From the NCBI GenBank assembly GCA_002269645.1, contig NIVC01000398.1, positions 1 through 64,000 of the forward strand: 64,000 nt of DNA. Direction: 5' to 3'. The stretch comes from Macrostomum lignano. Its lineage: Eukaryota. Every line of letters starts with the position of its first letter. Within the stretch, counting starts at the first letter, position 1. The position numbers and the translations under genes are program-made. Shown one piece after another: positions 46,449 to 58,314 of this stretch. The notes under the pieces are model-generated. The model saw only the letters and a list, made by a program, of their open reading frames with translations, had not been told where the DNA came from and did not search any database.

Positions 46449-49132
46449 AATGTGAGGGTTTCACGAGAGATATTCAGACAAAGGCTCCCTAAAACACGCC
46501 CCGCACCGGGCCCCGAACTGCTACACATTATAACATTTTTTGTCAATGCAGTATTTGATTGCAAGGAAAAGTTAAAATAGTAATGAAACAAATATCTTTA
46601 TTTATTTTTTTAAATATTATTATTTTTTATATTCTCGTTTTCATTATTAAATTATAATATTATTATTTTATTAATATTATTATTAATATCACTTTTTGTT
46701 CACCAAATTTTATATTTCAAAGTAAAAAAAACTAAATTTAATAAAAACTTGAAGCTTAACAGAAAACGCATTCTGAAGTGTCTTTAGTTATAGTCCAATT
46801 TGTTTTAATGTGTAGCGCTGCAGGGCGGTGCGGGGCGTGTTTTAGGGAGACCCATTCAGACAGACATTCAAAATGATTGTCTGTAACTTCAAACAAAATT
46901 GACCCGCTTCAACCATCTTTTTGGCAAATACTTACGCAAGTGTTGGGCGTCAAATAAGCTTTAATTTATTAACTGAAGTAAAAATCCTTCTGACATACAT
47001 TGATTTAAAAATTGCTTAGCAACACTAGCTCTGATTAGAAATCGCTTTACTGTTGACTAAAATTGTTTTGATCGTAGCAGCCTAAAAGCAGATACTGGAT
47101 TTAAAAATGCTTCGATTTACTCTATACGCATGTCTCAGCTTTAAAATGACACCTCAGGCGTCGCAAAAGACAGCTTTGATGCTGAGATATTCGACACTAA
47201 ACATGCATTGCTTTGCGCAATCTCACATTCAGAAATTTCACTGATTTTTTGTCGATATTTGTGCAGTTGCCATGTCCTTGTTTTTCATCAGAATCTTGTC
47301 AAATTCTAGTCATGTCTATACGCATGTCTCAGCTTTAAAATGACACCTCAGGCATTGCAAAAGACAGCTTTGATGCTGAGATATTCGACACTAAACATTG
47401 CTTTGCTCAAACTCACATTCGGAAACTTCACTGATTGTTATTCAATATTTGTTCAGATGCTTGTCTACTTCTCCATTTATTAACCATCGCATGGAGCCTT
47501 GCTAATGTACAAGTGTATGTAGTTACAGTAAATGGGGTTTTTGTGACTCACTTAAACTTGTTTACGCATTCTACAGCTATTCGCCGCCTTTCATTGGAGT
47601 GATTCATGGAGTCCAGTTGATAAATTTCCACAAATTGGACTGCTTCTACGTCAGATCTCAACATTTGGAACCGTCCTTGAACTATTTCAGAGTTAAGTGA
47701 GCTAATGGCATCAAATGGAAGGCTAGTGCTCGTACTTGTAAGCGAAGCAGGTTCACAATTGAAATGGTTGTATTCATGGCCATGGGATCTAAACTGATCT
47801 GTTTTACTTTCACGATCGCTTTGGTCTCAGAAGGAGCAGCAGTTGATGGACTGAGGTGAGAAGAAGATGTGTCACGACTTGAGCTGTTTTTTAGAAAATA
47901 TCTTTATCCAATTAAATATTTTCATGCGGCTCCTTAGGTTGTTCCGAATTCCGAGTCTAGAAGTCAAGACAGAAAAAAAGTTAAGAACTGCTACTGTAGT
48001 CCGTAGGGATTGGAAAGCTTAGCAGTACATTAGAAATCGCCTGTTCAATCTAAAAAGTTTGAAGTACATATAGCTATTGGGTTGCAACAACAGTAGAAAA
48101 AATTCTTCCTTTTTATTTTATTCCCACCGCTTACCTCATTCCGATTTGGATAGCAGAATTGCCGCGCAAAAAAAGTAAAAACATAACAATAAACTATTTG
48201 CTTCATATTAATTGCCACTGACTGTTAATAAACGCAACGTCAATTTCTCTCAATAACAGTTGGAACATGTTTCTTGTACACTCGTATATTTATTTGAACC
48301 GCAAAGCGGTGAAAAAGTCATGATTGGTTTCCAAATGTACAAATGTACACTCACAGACTCACTGACTCAGGTACAATCTATGCAATATAAAGGCAGGAAT
48401 CATTAAAAATCAAATACTTAAGACAGTTTAAGAGAAGTCCAGGTTTAAACTGGACATGACTAGAATTTGACAAGTTTCTGATGAAAAACAAGGACACGGC
48501 AGCTGCACAAATATCGACAAAAAATCAGTGAAATTTCTGAATGTGAGATTGCGCAAAGCAATGCATGTTTAGTGTCGAATATCTCAGCATCAAAGCTGTC
48601 TTTTGCAATGCCTGAGGTGTCATTTTAAAGCTGAGACATGCGTATAGACATGACTAGAATTTGACAAGATTCTGATGAAAAACAAGGACATGGCAACTGC
48701 ACAAATATCGACAAAAAATCAGTGAAATTTCTGAATGTGAGATTGCGCAAAGCAATGCATGTTTAGTGTCGAATATCTCAGCATCAAAGCTGTCTTTTGC
48801 GACGCCTGAGGTGTCATTTTAAAGCTGAGACATGCGTATAGAGTAAATCGAAGCATTTTTAAATCCAGTATCTGCTTTTAGGCTGCTACGATCAAAACAA
48901 TTTTAGTCAACAGTAAAGCGATTTCTAATCAGAGCTAGTGTTGCTAAGCAATTTTTAAATCAATGTATGTCAGAAGGATTTTTACTTCAGTTAATAAATT
49001 AAAGCTTATTTGACGCCCAACACTTGCGTAAGTATTTGCCAAAAAGATGGTTGAAGCGGGTCAATTTTGTTTAAAGTTACAGACGATCGTTTCGAATGTC
49101 TGTCTGAATATCTCTCGTGAAACCCTCACATT
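46449..49132. mobile_element. Foldback-type element with long (about 600-670 bp) near-identical inverted arms and a spacer of about 1 kb
   Basis: 46449-46480 plus 46863-47440 is the reverse complement of about 48458-49132. The arms contain an internal direct duplication of about 190 bp. Confidence 0.85.
46481..46853. mobile_element. Mutator-like MITE (373 bp) with a 9-bp TSD ATTCAGACA and an AT-rich core
   Basis: TIR CTCCCTAAAACACGCCCCGCACCG at both ends. ATTCAGACA lies at 46472-46480 and 46854-46862, and the intact site is seen in the opposite arm. Confidence 0.85.
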
Positions 49133-49504
49133 CTAAACAAGACTCAAGAGAAATTGCACTCTGAGCCTTAAAATCGCACCTTGAAATTTGGCACAAGGTG
49201 CGATTTTGCACCTTATCTCTGGCGAAAAAAAAAACCCAGACTGGAACCCATTTTCTAATAACTAGGCCTAGATGGATCCGGCAGTGGTATTCCAGTAGTG
49301 CAGTTTATGTGTATAAGTATAATATAGCAAAAACTTCTTGCTTTTTAATGGGTGGTTTATGTTGAGGTTTCGTTTAAGATAAGATCAGAATAAACGATAA
49401 GATTCAAAACAAGATACTTCTAGGCCTAATGTTCAAAGATGTCATTAGTAGGGGCCTAGGCCTAGTCAGTAAATAACTGCCTGCAGAAGACTGCCAGATC
49501 CATA

Positions 49505-49709
49505 CAGGCGCCGCGGAACAAGGGGGGGCAGCTGCCCCCCCCGACATTGAGTTGGGGGGGCATTGCCCCCCTCCCTCAAAGAGTCAAATACTGTTCAACA
49601 GCATAATTTTGCTCAAATTTTTGGTCATTGTCCAAGACAGGGTCATGGCTTGAGTCTCGGAAACTTGGTCCTGCCCCCCCCCTGGCAAAAACTCCTTCTG
49701 CGGCGCCTG
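49505..49709. mobile_element. hAT MITE (205 bp), TIR CAGGCGCCGC, perfect 8-bp TSD GATCCATA
   Basis: TIR and TSD read directly. Confidence 0.92.
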
Positions 49710-50745
49710 GATCCATAGCCATTAGAAAATGGGTTCAGGTGCCGGAACTATAGCCATTGCCTAAAATTATATCTATATGCAAAAATGGTAAATATATAAG
49801 AGCTGCACCCAAGTCTCCAAGATGGTCACATACCAAGAAACAGAAAGAAAGCCATGTATAACATTGAATCTCCATTATATATATTCTTTCTAAATTCTAT
49901 CATGACATTGATTTGCAACTTTATAGTATTAATATAGTAATATTTGAAATATTATCTAGGCTTAGGCTTGACTTCTATGTTTTTCAATTTTGTACCAAAC
50001 TTTTGTGTATTTTTTGCCCAACTATATATCAGATTGGTATGTGTGTTATATTGCTTTGTAGAAAATTTAACACTGAATTCAAAAACTGTTTTGTTTTTAA
50101 TGTAATTGTAAGTTAAAAATTGTGGTCTTTAAAACAATTCTTATGCAGACATCCCAAATCAAGAAAAAATTCCAAAATGTGTAATTCCTTAATAATTTCT
50201 ATCAGTAATGCTAATTTTTTTTAGTATCTATCAAGTATATTGGCAAAACTTTATCTCATTTTGTAGATGAAAATGTTTTCTTTCAAATGATATGTCACTT
50301 TTATAGATGGCCTATAGGCTAGGCCCATGAGATAATAAAAATGAAAGTCACTAGCATGTTTGGTTTTGAAGATCCCTTGTTTGATTGATAAGATCTTACC
50401 CTATTCTAATAATGATAATTAGGCCTACCTAAAATTATGTTAAATTTAAAGCCAATAATATAGTTCTATTAGTTTATTAAAAAGTCATCATTAATCCTAA
50501 GCCTTAGGCTAAGGTGGAGCAAAGAAAGAAGATAAAAAAATTTCTAGTTTGAAATGGGTAGGTTTGGGTTTCTTTGAAACCAGTTGGCATTGCATTCATA
50601 CGAATAAAGCCGGAAGATCGCGCAGACACATCACAACAAAATTTTCCTGTTTTACTCCGACTGCTAGGGTCCTCAAATTCTGGGGGGAAGGATAGTTTCA
50701 GTTGTAGGCGAGCAGTTTTAGTTAGAAATTGTCAGTGGTAGGCAC

Positions 50746-51627
50746 CAGTGTTGGGCACCAGTCCGTTAATAAGCGTTAATCCGTTAATAAGCGTTAATAA
50801 GTGTTAAGATTTTTCATTAACGTTAACGGACTGTCGTTAAGATTTTTTTGAACTAACGGATTAACGAATTTGCGTTAAAAATTTTGTGAATTAACGATAA
50901 ATTCATCGTTAATGGTAGGGTCTATGTCAATGACCAAAGACGCAAAGAAGGAACAAAAAATAGAAGTCTTACAAGAAGTTTAAACATTACGAACGTATTT
51001 GAGCTTACCTATATGCCTAAATATAATCTCTTTATTTATGACGATGATCATACAGACGTACATGTAAATAACAACTTCTTACAAATAAACTTTAAAATAA
51101 TGAATTAAAATAGTGTGAAACTTTATTTCTTGCGCGTGAGCATCGATCGCTTTGATTCACTTCTGTCCCAATCTTTCGCAACTTTCTGCTGCGCCTGCTA
51201 ATGGTACTGAAACAACCTTCCTATGCGTATTTAATTATGAATTTCTCGCTATTAGCTTTTAAGTTTCAAATAAAATAAGTTACTTTTTTTACCATATGCT
51301 TTACTTTTAGTAGTATTATGCATGCAAGTTTTTAAAATGATTATTTATTACTTTTTTAGCTTTCAAATCGCTTAGATGACCTCTGTGTTTCGCTAAAAAG
51401 ATGGAATAGCAAAGACGTGCAATATGAAGTCTGTTTTGGAAAAAAAGTGCAAGATTTCCGTATTTTCTGTGTTAACTTTAATGGATTAACGCTAATTAAC
51501 GATTATCAGTTAACTTTCAGTTAACTTAACGAAATTAGGAGTTAAAAAGTTAAGATTTTTTTGTTTTAACGCTAACGCTTTTGCTATTAACGGAAGTTAA
51601 GATTTTCATTAACGGTGCCCAACACTG
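50746..51627. mobile_element. hAT MITE (882 bp), TIR CAGTGTTGGGCACC, perfect 8-bp TSD GTAGGCAC, subterminal GTTAA/TAACG repeats
   Basis: TIR and TSD read directly. Confidence 0.93.
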
Positions 51628-53429
51628 GTAGGCACCCACCTACCATAATCCTATATAAGAAACCTAGATGCATATGCAACAAGGTATATTAGGCTAGGCC
51701 CTATTTGCTTAATTAATAGATAAATGCTAATAATAAAAGCTATCACCTTAACTTATGCAAATATTTTTTGGTTAATCTAATTCTAATATAGTATATCAGC
51801 AATCTTCTAGCTCTTATTTCATATATTTAATTCTTTTTTGAAAATTTAAAAAAAAGTTTTATCAATAGAACAATTGAGAGTTTATTAATAAATTACTAAA
51901 TAGATAGTTTTAAACACTATACTAATGCGTCACCTAGAAAAGGATATTGCTTAAGATGTTGCGCAGCTGGCAATAGCACTATAGAAACTTGTTTAGGTAG
52001 TGTCAAAATAGGGCCTTTGATATACTAGAGTTGCCAAAGTTGCATAGGTCTACCAAGTTCATATATATGTCTTTATGGTAAAAATTATATGAGTAGATGG
52101 CATGGATGCTATAGGGCATCTAGCCATGATTGCAACAGAAGAATTGGTATTCAAGATTGACAAGAAAGCAATGCTTCAAGAAATCTCTCAATCCCTATCC
52201 TTTCCATCTAGTTTTAGTTTTTTTTTAAATAGAGCAATTGCAATTTTAACCATATATAGCCAATAGCCATCTCAAACTAATAGACATATACATAAAATCA
52301 ATATACTGCCACATCTTCAACTCATGCAATTTTAAATATTTACCTGTATTAACTAAGAAAGTTAGACATTTAGAGCTGTGGCCATCTGGTCTTAGTACTA
52401 ATTATAAAATGGTATTTCAAATTATAACCAATTAAATACTGTATTAATATATATCACAGGTCTTTTTAGTCTCCTAGTATTACATTGTTTAGTAATCTGA
52501 AGGTAAGTTTTAGTCTACACTTTGGAAAGTTACATGGTATGCTAGAAATTTCTAGTATACCAGTACTAATGGATAGTTTAGCTATTTTGGTTTATCACTT
52601 TGGTGTTACCACTTGAGGCTCAAATAAATTTTTGGCATACCAATTTATATTTACCAAAACTTCAAAACTTTGACAAACACAAAATTAAACATTTCAACAA
52701 TTTTCCTTTTTTAAAAGTATGTATGCTACAAGAGTTTCAAAAAAACTCATCTTAGTTTATAATTCAAATGGTACTTTTATAAATGTAAAGTTAACAAAAA
52801 AGTTAAATAATTGAAAAGTTGTTGGTAATAATATTTTTGCATTTGCTAAGTTGCTGTAGAAAGTTTTGTTTAAAAAACATTTCTTTAGACAATTTGAAAT
52901 TAGTTTTCTCAATTGCATTTTTCTTAAAGAATTTTATAACAGTCAATAATTTTTTGTGATTTAAAAGTGGCATGCATTTGGTATACCAAAACAAAAAGGC
53001 ATTTTCTGGTATACTATGCTGCACTATCTGGACTATAGAATTTAGTCTAGATTTTTATTCATTAGGCTCCATTACTAGAATATTAGGCTATTGGAAATAG
53101 ACTGCACTGCACTTACTTACTGTAAATTGTATTATATTATTATTAGTATTAATATCTCTTTAGAAATTAGATATAAAATATTGTTGGCCTAGCTAAGCAA
53201 GACATTTAAAGCCTAGTTGTAATAGTTCACAGAGTGGCGAGGGCCCAGACAAGCCTAAGGATGATTCTCATAAAAATTCTCATCAAAAAAGATGACTCTC
53301 TTTACAAATATTAAAAAAGTATAATACCTACTATGTCTAAATCTTATGCTATTTTAAAGAAATGTTACCTTTTAACCTCAAACTACTTGTAGTAATAAAA
53401 ATTGATTTATTTACTTTTTTAACTCTAGT

Positions 53430-54792
53430 AGCACTGGAGCAATTCCCCACAAGCCCTTTTAGCATTGGAGCAATTCCCCACAAGCCCTTGTAGCATTGGA
53501 GCAATTCCCCACAAGCCCTTGTAGCATTGGAGCAATTCCCCTCAAGCCCTTGTAGCATTGGAGCAATTCCCCACAAGCCCTTGTAGCATTGGAGAAATTC
53601 CCCACAAGCCCTTGCATTGCTTTGGAGCAATTCCCCACAAGCCCTTGCATTGCATTGGAGCAATTCCCCACAAGCCCATGCATTGCATTAGAGCAATTCC
53701 CCACAAGCCATTGTAGCATTGGAGCAATTCCCCACAAGCCTTGTAGCATTGGAGCAATTCCCCACAAGCCCTTGCATTGCATTGGAGCAATTCCCCACAA
53801 GCCCTTGTAGCATTGGAGCAATTCTACACAAGCCCTTGCATTGCATTGGAGCAATTCCCCTCGAACCCTTGTAGCATTGGAGCAATTCCCCTTAAGCCCT
53901 TGTAGCACTGGAGCAATTCCCCACAAGCCCTTGTAGCATTGGAGCAATTCCCCTTAAGCCCTTGTAGCATTGGAGCAATTCCCCTCCAACTCTTGTAGCA
54001 TTAGAGCAATTCCCCACAAGCCCTTGCATTGCATTGGAGCGATTCCCAACAAACCCTTGTAGCATTGGAGCAATTCCCCTCAAGCCCTTGTAGCATTGGA
54101 GCAATTCCCCACAAGCCCTTGTAGCATTGGAGCAATTCCCCACAAGCCCTTGTAGCATTGAAGCAATTCCCCTCGAACCCTTGTAGCATTGGAGCAATTC
54201 CCCTCGAACCCTTGTAGCATTGGAGCAATTCCCCACAAGCCCTTGTAGCACTGGAGCAATTCCCCACAAGCCCTTGTAGCATTGGAGCAATTCCCCTCGA
54301 ACCCTTGTAGCATTGGAGCAATTCCCCACAAGCCCTTGTAGCATTGGAGCAATTCCCCACAAGCCCTTGTAGCACTGGAGCAATTCCCCCACAAGCCCTT
54401 GTAGCATTGGAGCAATTCCCCACAAGCCCTTGTAGCATTGGAGCAATTCCCCACAAGCCCTTGTAGCATTGGAGCAATTCCCCTCGAACCCTTGTAGCAT
54501 TGGAGCAATTCCCCTCGAACCCTTGTAGCATTGGAGCAATTCCCCTCGAACCCTTGTAGCATTGGAGCAATTCCCCTCGAACCCTTGTAGCATTGGAGCA
54601 ATTCCCCACAAGCCCTTGTAGCATTGGAGCAATTCCCCACAAGCCCTTGTAGCACTGGAGCAATTCCCCACAAGCCCTTGTAGCATTGGAGCAATTCCCC
54701 ACAAGCCCTTGTAGCATTGGAGCAATTCCCCACAAGCCCTTGTAGCATTGGAGCAATTCCCCTCAAGCCCTTGTAGCATTGGAGCAATTCCC
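53430..54792. repeat. 31-bp minisatellite (TTGTAGCATTGGAGCAATTCCCCACAAGCCC)n, about 43 copies
   Basis: Tandem periodicity. Confidence 0.97.
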
Positions 54793-54952
54793 ATGTCTTA
54801 TAGTTTAGTGTGTATTACAGATACTTTGTTTTAATCATTTCTGTGATTAGAAAACTGCACATCTGTCTTGGAGAGCAACTCAATAACTATAACGTGTCTA
54901 CTTGAGCACTTGGAGTTTAAAAAGCAAATATTTGTTATTTCTTTTTTTCAAG

Positions 54953-55333
54953 AAACCAACAGCAGAACAGAATGAGCAGTCGCAGTTTAGATAAGCGGCA
55001 CACCACCAGTCAGACAACTAGCGAAAGATTCCGTCGCTTAAGTAATCAGCCTAGTCAGCCTCTCACTATTGATGAAGATGTATCGATTGTTATCGAACGT
55101 AAAGTGCGCGGACCGCCAAGCACTGAGCCGCTGGTCCGCCGCTTCGATCCCGACGTCGATGCCATCCGTCTGCCTCGGCGTACTGACGAAGGCAGCGCGC
55201 CAGTGTTTCAACGACCTGAGGTGTTGAAATTTTATCACGACCGACTCACGCCTGAGCCCAGATCGCCGCCTAGAACTTATAGCAGCGTCCGGCACTCGCA
55301 GCGGCAGCATAGCAACGGGGGTAGCGGCGATAG
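54953..55333 (+). CDS. BCLAF1/THRAP3-like RS-rich nuclear protein, penultimate exon (ATG at 54972, or continuing from an upstream exon)
   Basis: Acceptor TTTTTTTCAAG|. RRFDPDVDAIRLPRRTDEGSAPVFQRPEV. Donor AG|GTTAGT (phase 2) matches the next exon. Confidence 0.75.
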
Positions 55334-55424
55334 GTTAGTACATAATACACTTGAGATTTCTTAGTCGGCTGATTTACAATGCTGTTAGCTGCTGATCGAA
55401 GATAAGGGTAGATTAATGATCAGC

Positions 55425-55855
55425 GATTGGGTTTGGATTAGGGATTTGGTAGGTTGGAAATTTAGGGATTAGGTAGGTTTGGGATTAGGGATTGGGTAGG
55501 TTTGGGATCAGGGATTGGGTAGGTTGGGATCAGGGATTGGGTAGGTTTGGGATTAGGGATTGGGTAGGTTGGGATCAGGGATTAGGTTGGTTGGGGATCA
55601 GGGATTGGGTAGGTTGGAATCAGGGATTAGGTTGGTTGGGGATCAGGGATTGGGTAGGTTGGGGAACAGGGATTGGGTAGGTTGGGGATCAGGGATTGGG
55701 TAGGTTGGGGATCAGGGATTGGGTAGGTTGGGGATCAGGGATTGGGAAGGTTGGGATCAGGGATTGGGTAGGTTGGGGATCAGGGATTGGGTAGGTTGGG
55801 GATCAGGGATTGGGTAGGTTGGGATCAGGGATTAGGTTGGTTGGGGATCAGGGTT
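55425..55855. repeat. 22-23-bp G-rich minisatellite (GGGATTGGGTAGGTTGGGGATCA)n, intronic
   Basis: Tandem periodicity. Confidence 0.92.
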
Positions 55856-55942
55856 GGGTATTAGTATCGGGTATGTTATATTACTATTGAGTAGTATGCT
55901 GTGGATATTTCACAATTTCGCAATACATTTCTCACCTGACAG

Positions 55943-56549
55943 AGAGCGCCGCTCAATCCACATGTCGTCCTCGAATCGTTATTCTCGCCGGCGCTACTCG
56001 TCCCGTTCCCGTTCGCGCTCTGCGTCCCGATCCCGCTCCCCGGTGATCCTCAGGCTGCCGCCTCAGCCGCCTCGCCGGGTTCACGACAGAATCGGCGGGC
56101 GTCGGTTTGCTTCGCTGTCGCCGTCGCCGTCGCCCGAGGAGCCGCTGTCGCCGTTAGCTGGCGGTCAAAATCAACGACGCTTTCGTCGCCGACCAATCGC
56201 CGAACGGCTCGGCGTCCGGCCGGTGAAAAACTTTGCCGAAAGCGGGGGCGGCAGGGGCGGCAAGTTTGACTCGAATCGGTTGTACTACAGACCGCCGCCA
56301 GCGGCCGCTCTAGACCCGTTGGCTACGCCGAAAGCGCCGTCATATTTTTTGCACGACGATCGAGGAGAGCGCAGGCCTACAGACGGCGACGGATACCGTC
56401 GGGGCGGGCGCGGCGGCCGCGGTTTTCGTCGCGGTGGCGGCCGCTTCGGCGGCTTCAGAGGCGGCGGCGGTGGCGGCATCGAAGGCAAATGGCAGCACGA
56501 TAAATTTGTTGACGACGAGGACGAGGCCATGGGTAGTAGCGAGTTCTAA
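55943..56549 (+). CDS. BCLAF1/THRAP3-like protein, last exon (RS tract, RGG, Btz-like motif)
   Basis: Acceptor CTGACAG|A. RSRSRSASRSRSP, then PKAPSYFLHDDR..RGGRG..GKWQHDKF..DEDE, matching the recalled BCLAF1/THRAP3 C-terminus (YFLHDDR..RGRGRF..KWxHDKF). Confidence 0.8.
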
Positions 56550-56629
56550 GCTGGTGCTACTTTGAGTAGCATTGTGCTGGAGAAATATTGGATCATGTTT
56601 CTTGTTGCTTTGATTTCCTTTCGCCCTTG

Positions 56630-57430
56630 AATCCTCATCAAGAATCACCCTCAAATCCCCATCAAAAATCACCCTCAAATCCCCATCAAGAATCGCCCTC
56701 AAATCCTCATCAAGAATCGCCCTCGAATCCCATCAAGAATCGGCCTCGAATCCCATCAAGAATTGCCCTCGAATCCCATCAAGAATCTCCCTCAAATCCT
56801 CATAAAAAACGCCCTCAAATCCCCGGCAAGAATCACCCTCAAATCCCCATCAAGAATCACCCTCAAATCCCCATCAAAAATCACCCTCAAATCCCCATCA
56901 AGAATCACCCTCAAATCCCCATCAAGAATCACCCTCAAATCCCCATCAAAAATCACCCTCAAATCCCCATCAAGAATCGCTCTCAAATCCTCATCAAGAA
57001 TCGCCCTCGAATCCCATCAAGAATCGCCCTTGAATCCCATCAAGAATCGCCCTCAAATCCTCATCAAGAATCGCCCTCAAATCCCCATCAAGAATCGCCC
57101 TCGAATCCCATCAAGAATTGCCCTCGAATCCCATCAAGAATCGCCCTCAAATCCCCATCAAGAATCACCCTCAAATCCCCATTAAGAATCACCCTCAAAT
57201 CCCCATCAAGAATCGCCCTCAAATCCCCATCAAGAATCGCCCTCAAATCCCCATTAAGAATCGCCCTCAAATCCCCATCAAGAATCGCCCTCAAATCCCC
57301 ATCAAGAATCGCCCTCAAATCCCCATTAAGAATCACCCTCAAATCCCCATCAAGAATCGCCCTCAAATCCCCATCAAGAATCGCCCTCAAATCCCCACCA
57401 ATAATCGCCGTCAAATCCCAAGAATCGCCC
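56630..57430. repeat. 24-bp minisatellite (AATCCCCATCAAGAATCGCCCTCA)n just 3' of the stop codon
   Basis: Tandem periodicity. Confidence 0.95.
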
Positions 57431-58069
57431 TCCATTAATCGTACCAAATTCACAAGTTGAATGTTAGAATGTGTTTTGTATATTGTACATGTTTTGCAAC
57501 TTATAAAAGTTCCCTTAACATTTGTACGAGTCTTCTGACTTCTCTTTTTTAGATAATGCATCGGATGCCGAAGGCATTATAATTTCACTTTGGTCTTACT
57601 CACCTGTTAAAGTTATCTAGTTGTATAAATTGTCTGTCCGATGATTGAGTACTTGACTCAAAAAAATCGTTACTACGAGCTACTGTTTGCAGAGGCGCAA
57701 TAGCTCTTATATGCTACTAACGTAATTATCAATAGTAGTAGCTGATAGTAGTATAGTTTGCTTCTTTCTTTTATTTGTAACTTTGCTATTAAATAAGGCC
57801 AGTTTAGTTCAAGATATAGTAATAACAGCTTCTAATGCTATTAGGTATTTAATAATTCTTTGCATGCGAAATTTCAAATTTATTAATAAAGCCGGTGTTT
57901 ATAATAATCTGGAAAATTTGGAGATTTACTGAAGTCTCCGTCTGTCTGCCTTAAATCATTTATCTTTATTACGCTCGTAAATTAGGCTATATTTCTTAAC
58001 CGTTGGAATCGTTTTCATGACAAGAATCACCGAGGAGCCACTGCAAACAACTGTAATGTTGAGTTCCGA

Positions 58070-58290
58070 GCTCATCACGAGAGTTGTAGATTTGTAAAAC
58101 AGTCGCGCAAATTTCGTCCAAGAGTTTTTGTGTTAACGCTTTACTTTCTACTTGAAGTACTAATTAAGCAGACTACATAGAGTTGTTATAAATGCAAAAT
58201 GCCATTCTAAATTCATAAAGTGACGAAGGCCTAGCACGCCTCAAATTAACTCTCGGATGACTCTATTGTCTTTGACGACTTCACCCTGTC
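58070..58290. mobile_element. Fragment of the dispersed repeat family seen at 33025-34040
   Basis: Shared blocks GAGTT.TAGA.TTGTAAAA, GTGTT..CGCTT.ACTTTCTACT, ATTCTAAA.TTCATA.AGTGAC and CTAGCACGCCTCAAAT. Confidence 0.55.
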
Positions 58291-58314
58291 CTCGAGAGAA
58301 GGCCAAAATACATG

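Larger units (their letters stand above)
46176..49239. mobile_element. hAT-like non-autonomous element, TIR CAGGGTTTTTTTTT / AAAAAAAAAACCCAG, 8-bp TSD AC(C/T)GGAAC
   Basis: TIR and TSD read directly. Subterminal AAAATCGCACC repeats occur at both ends. Confidence 0.8.
46140..49768. mobile_element. Outer element of a nest (about 70-bp TIRs GGCAATGGCTATAGTTCCGGCACCTGAACCCATTTTCTAAT..), interrupted by later insertions
   Basis: The left arm (46146-46175 resumed at 49248-49285) is the inverse of the right arm (49488-49504 plus 49718-49765). Confidence 0.65.
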
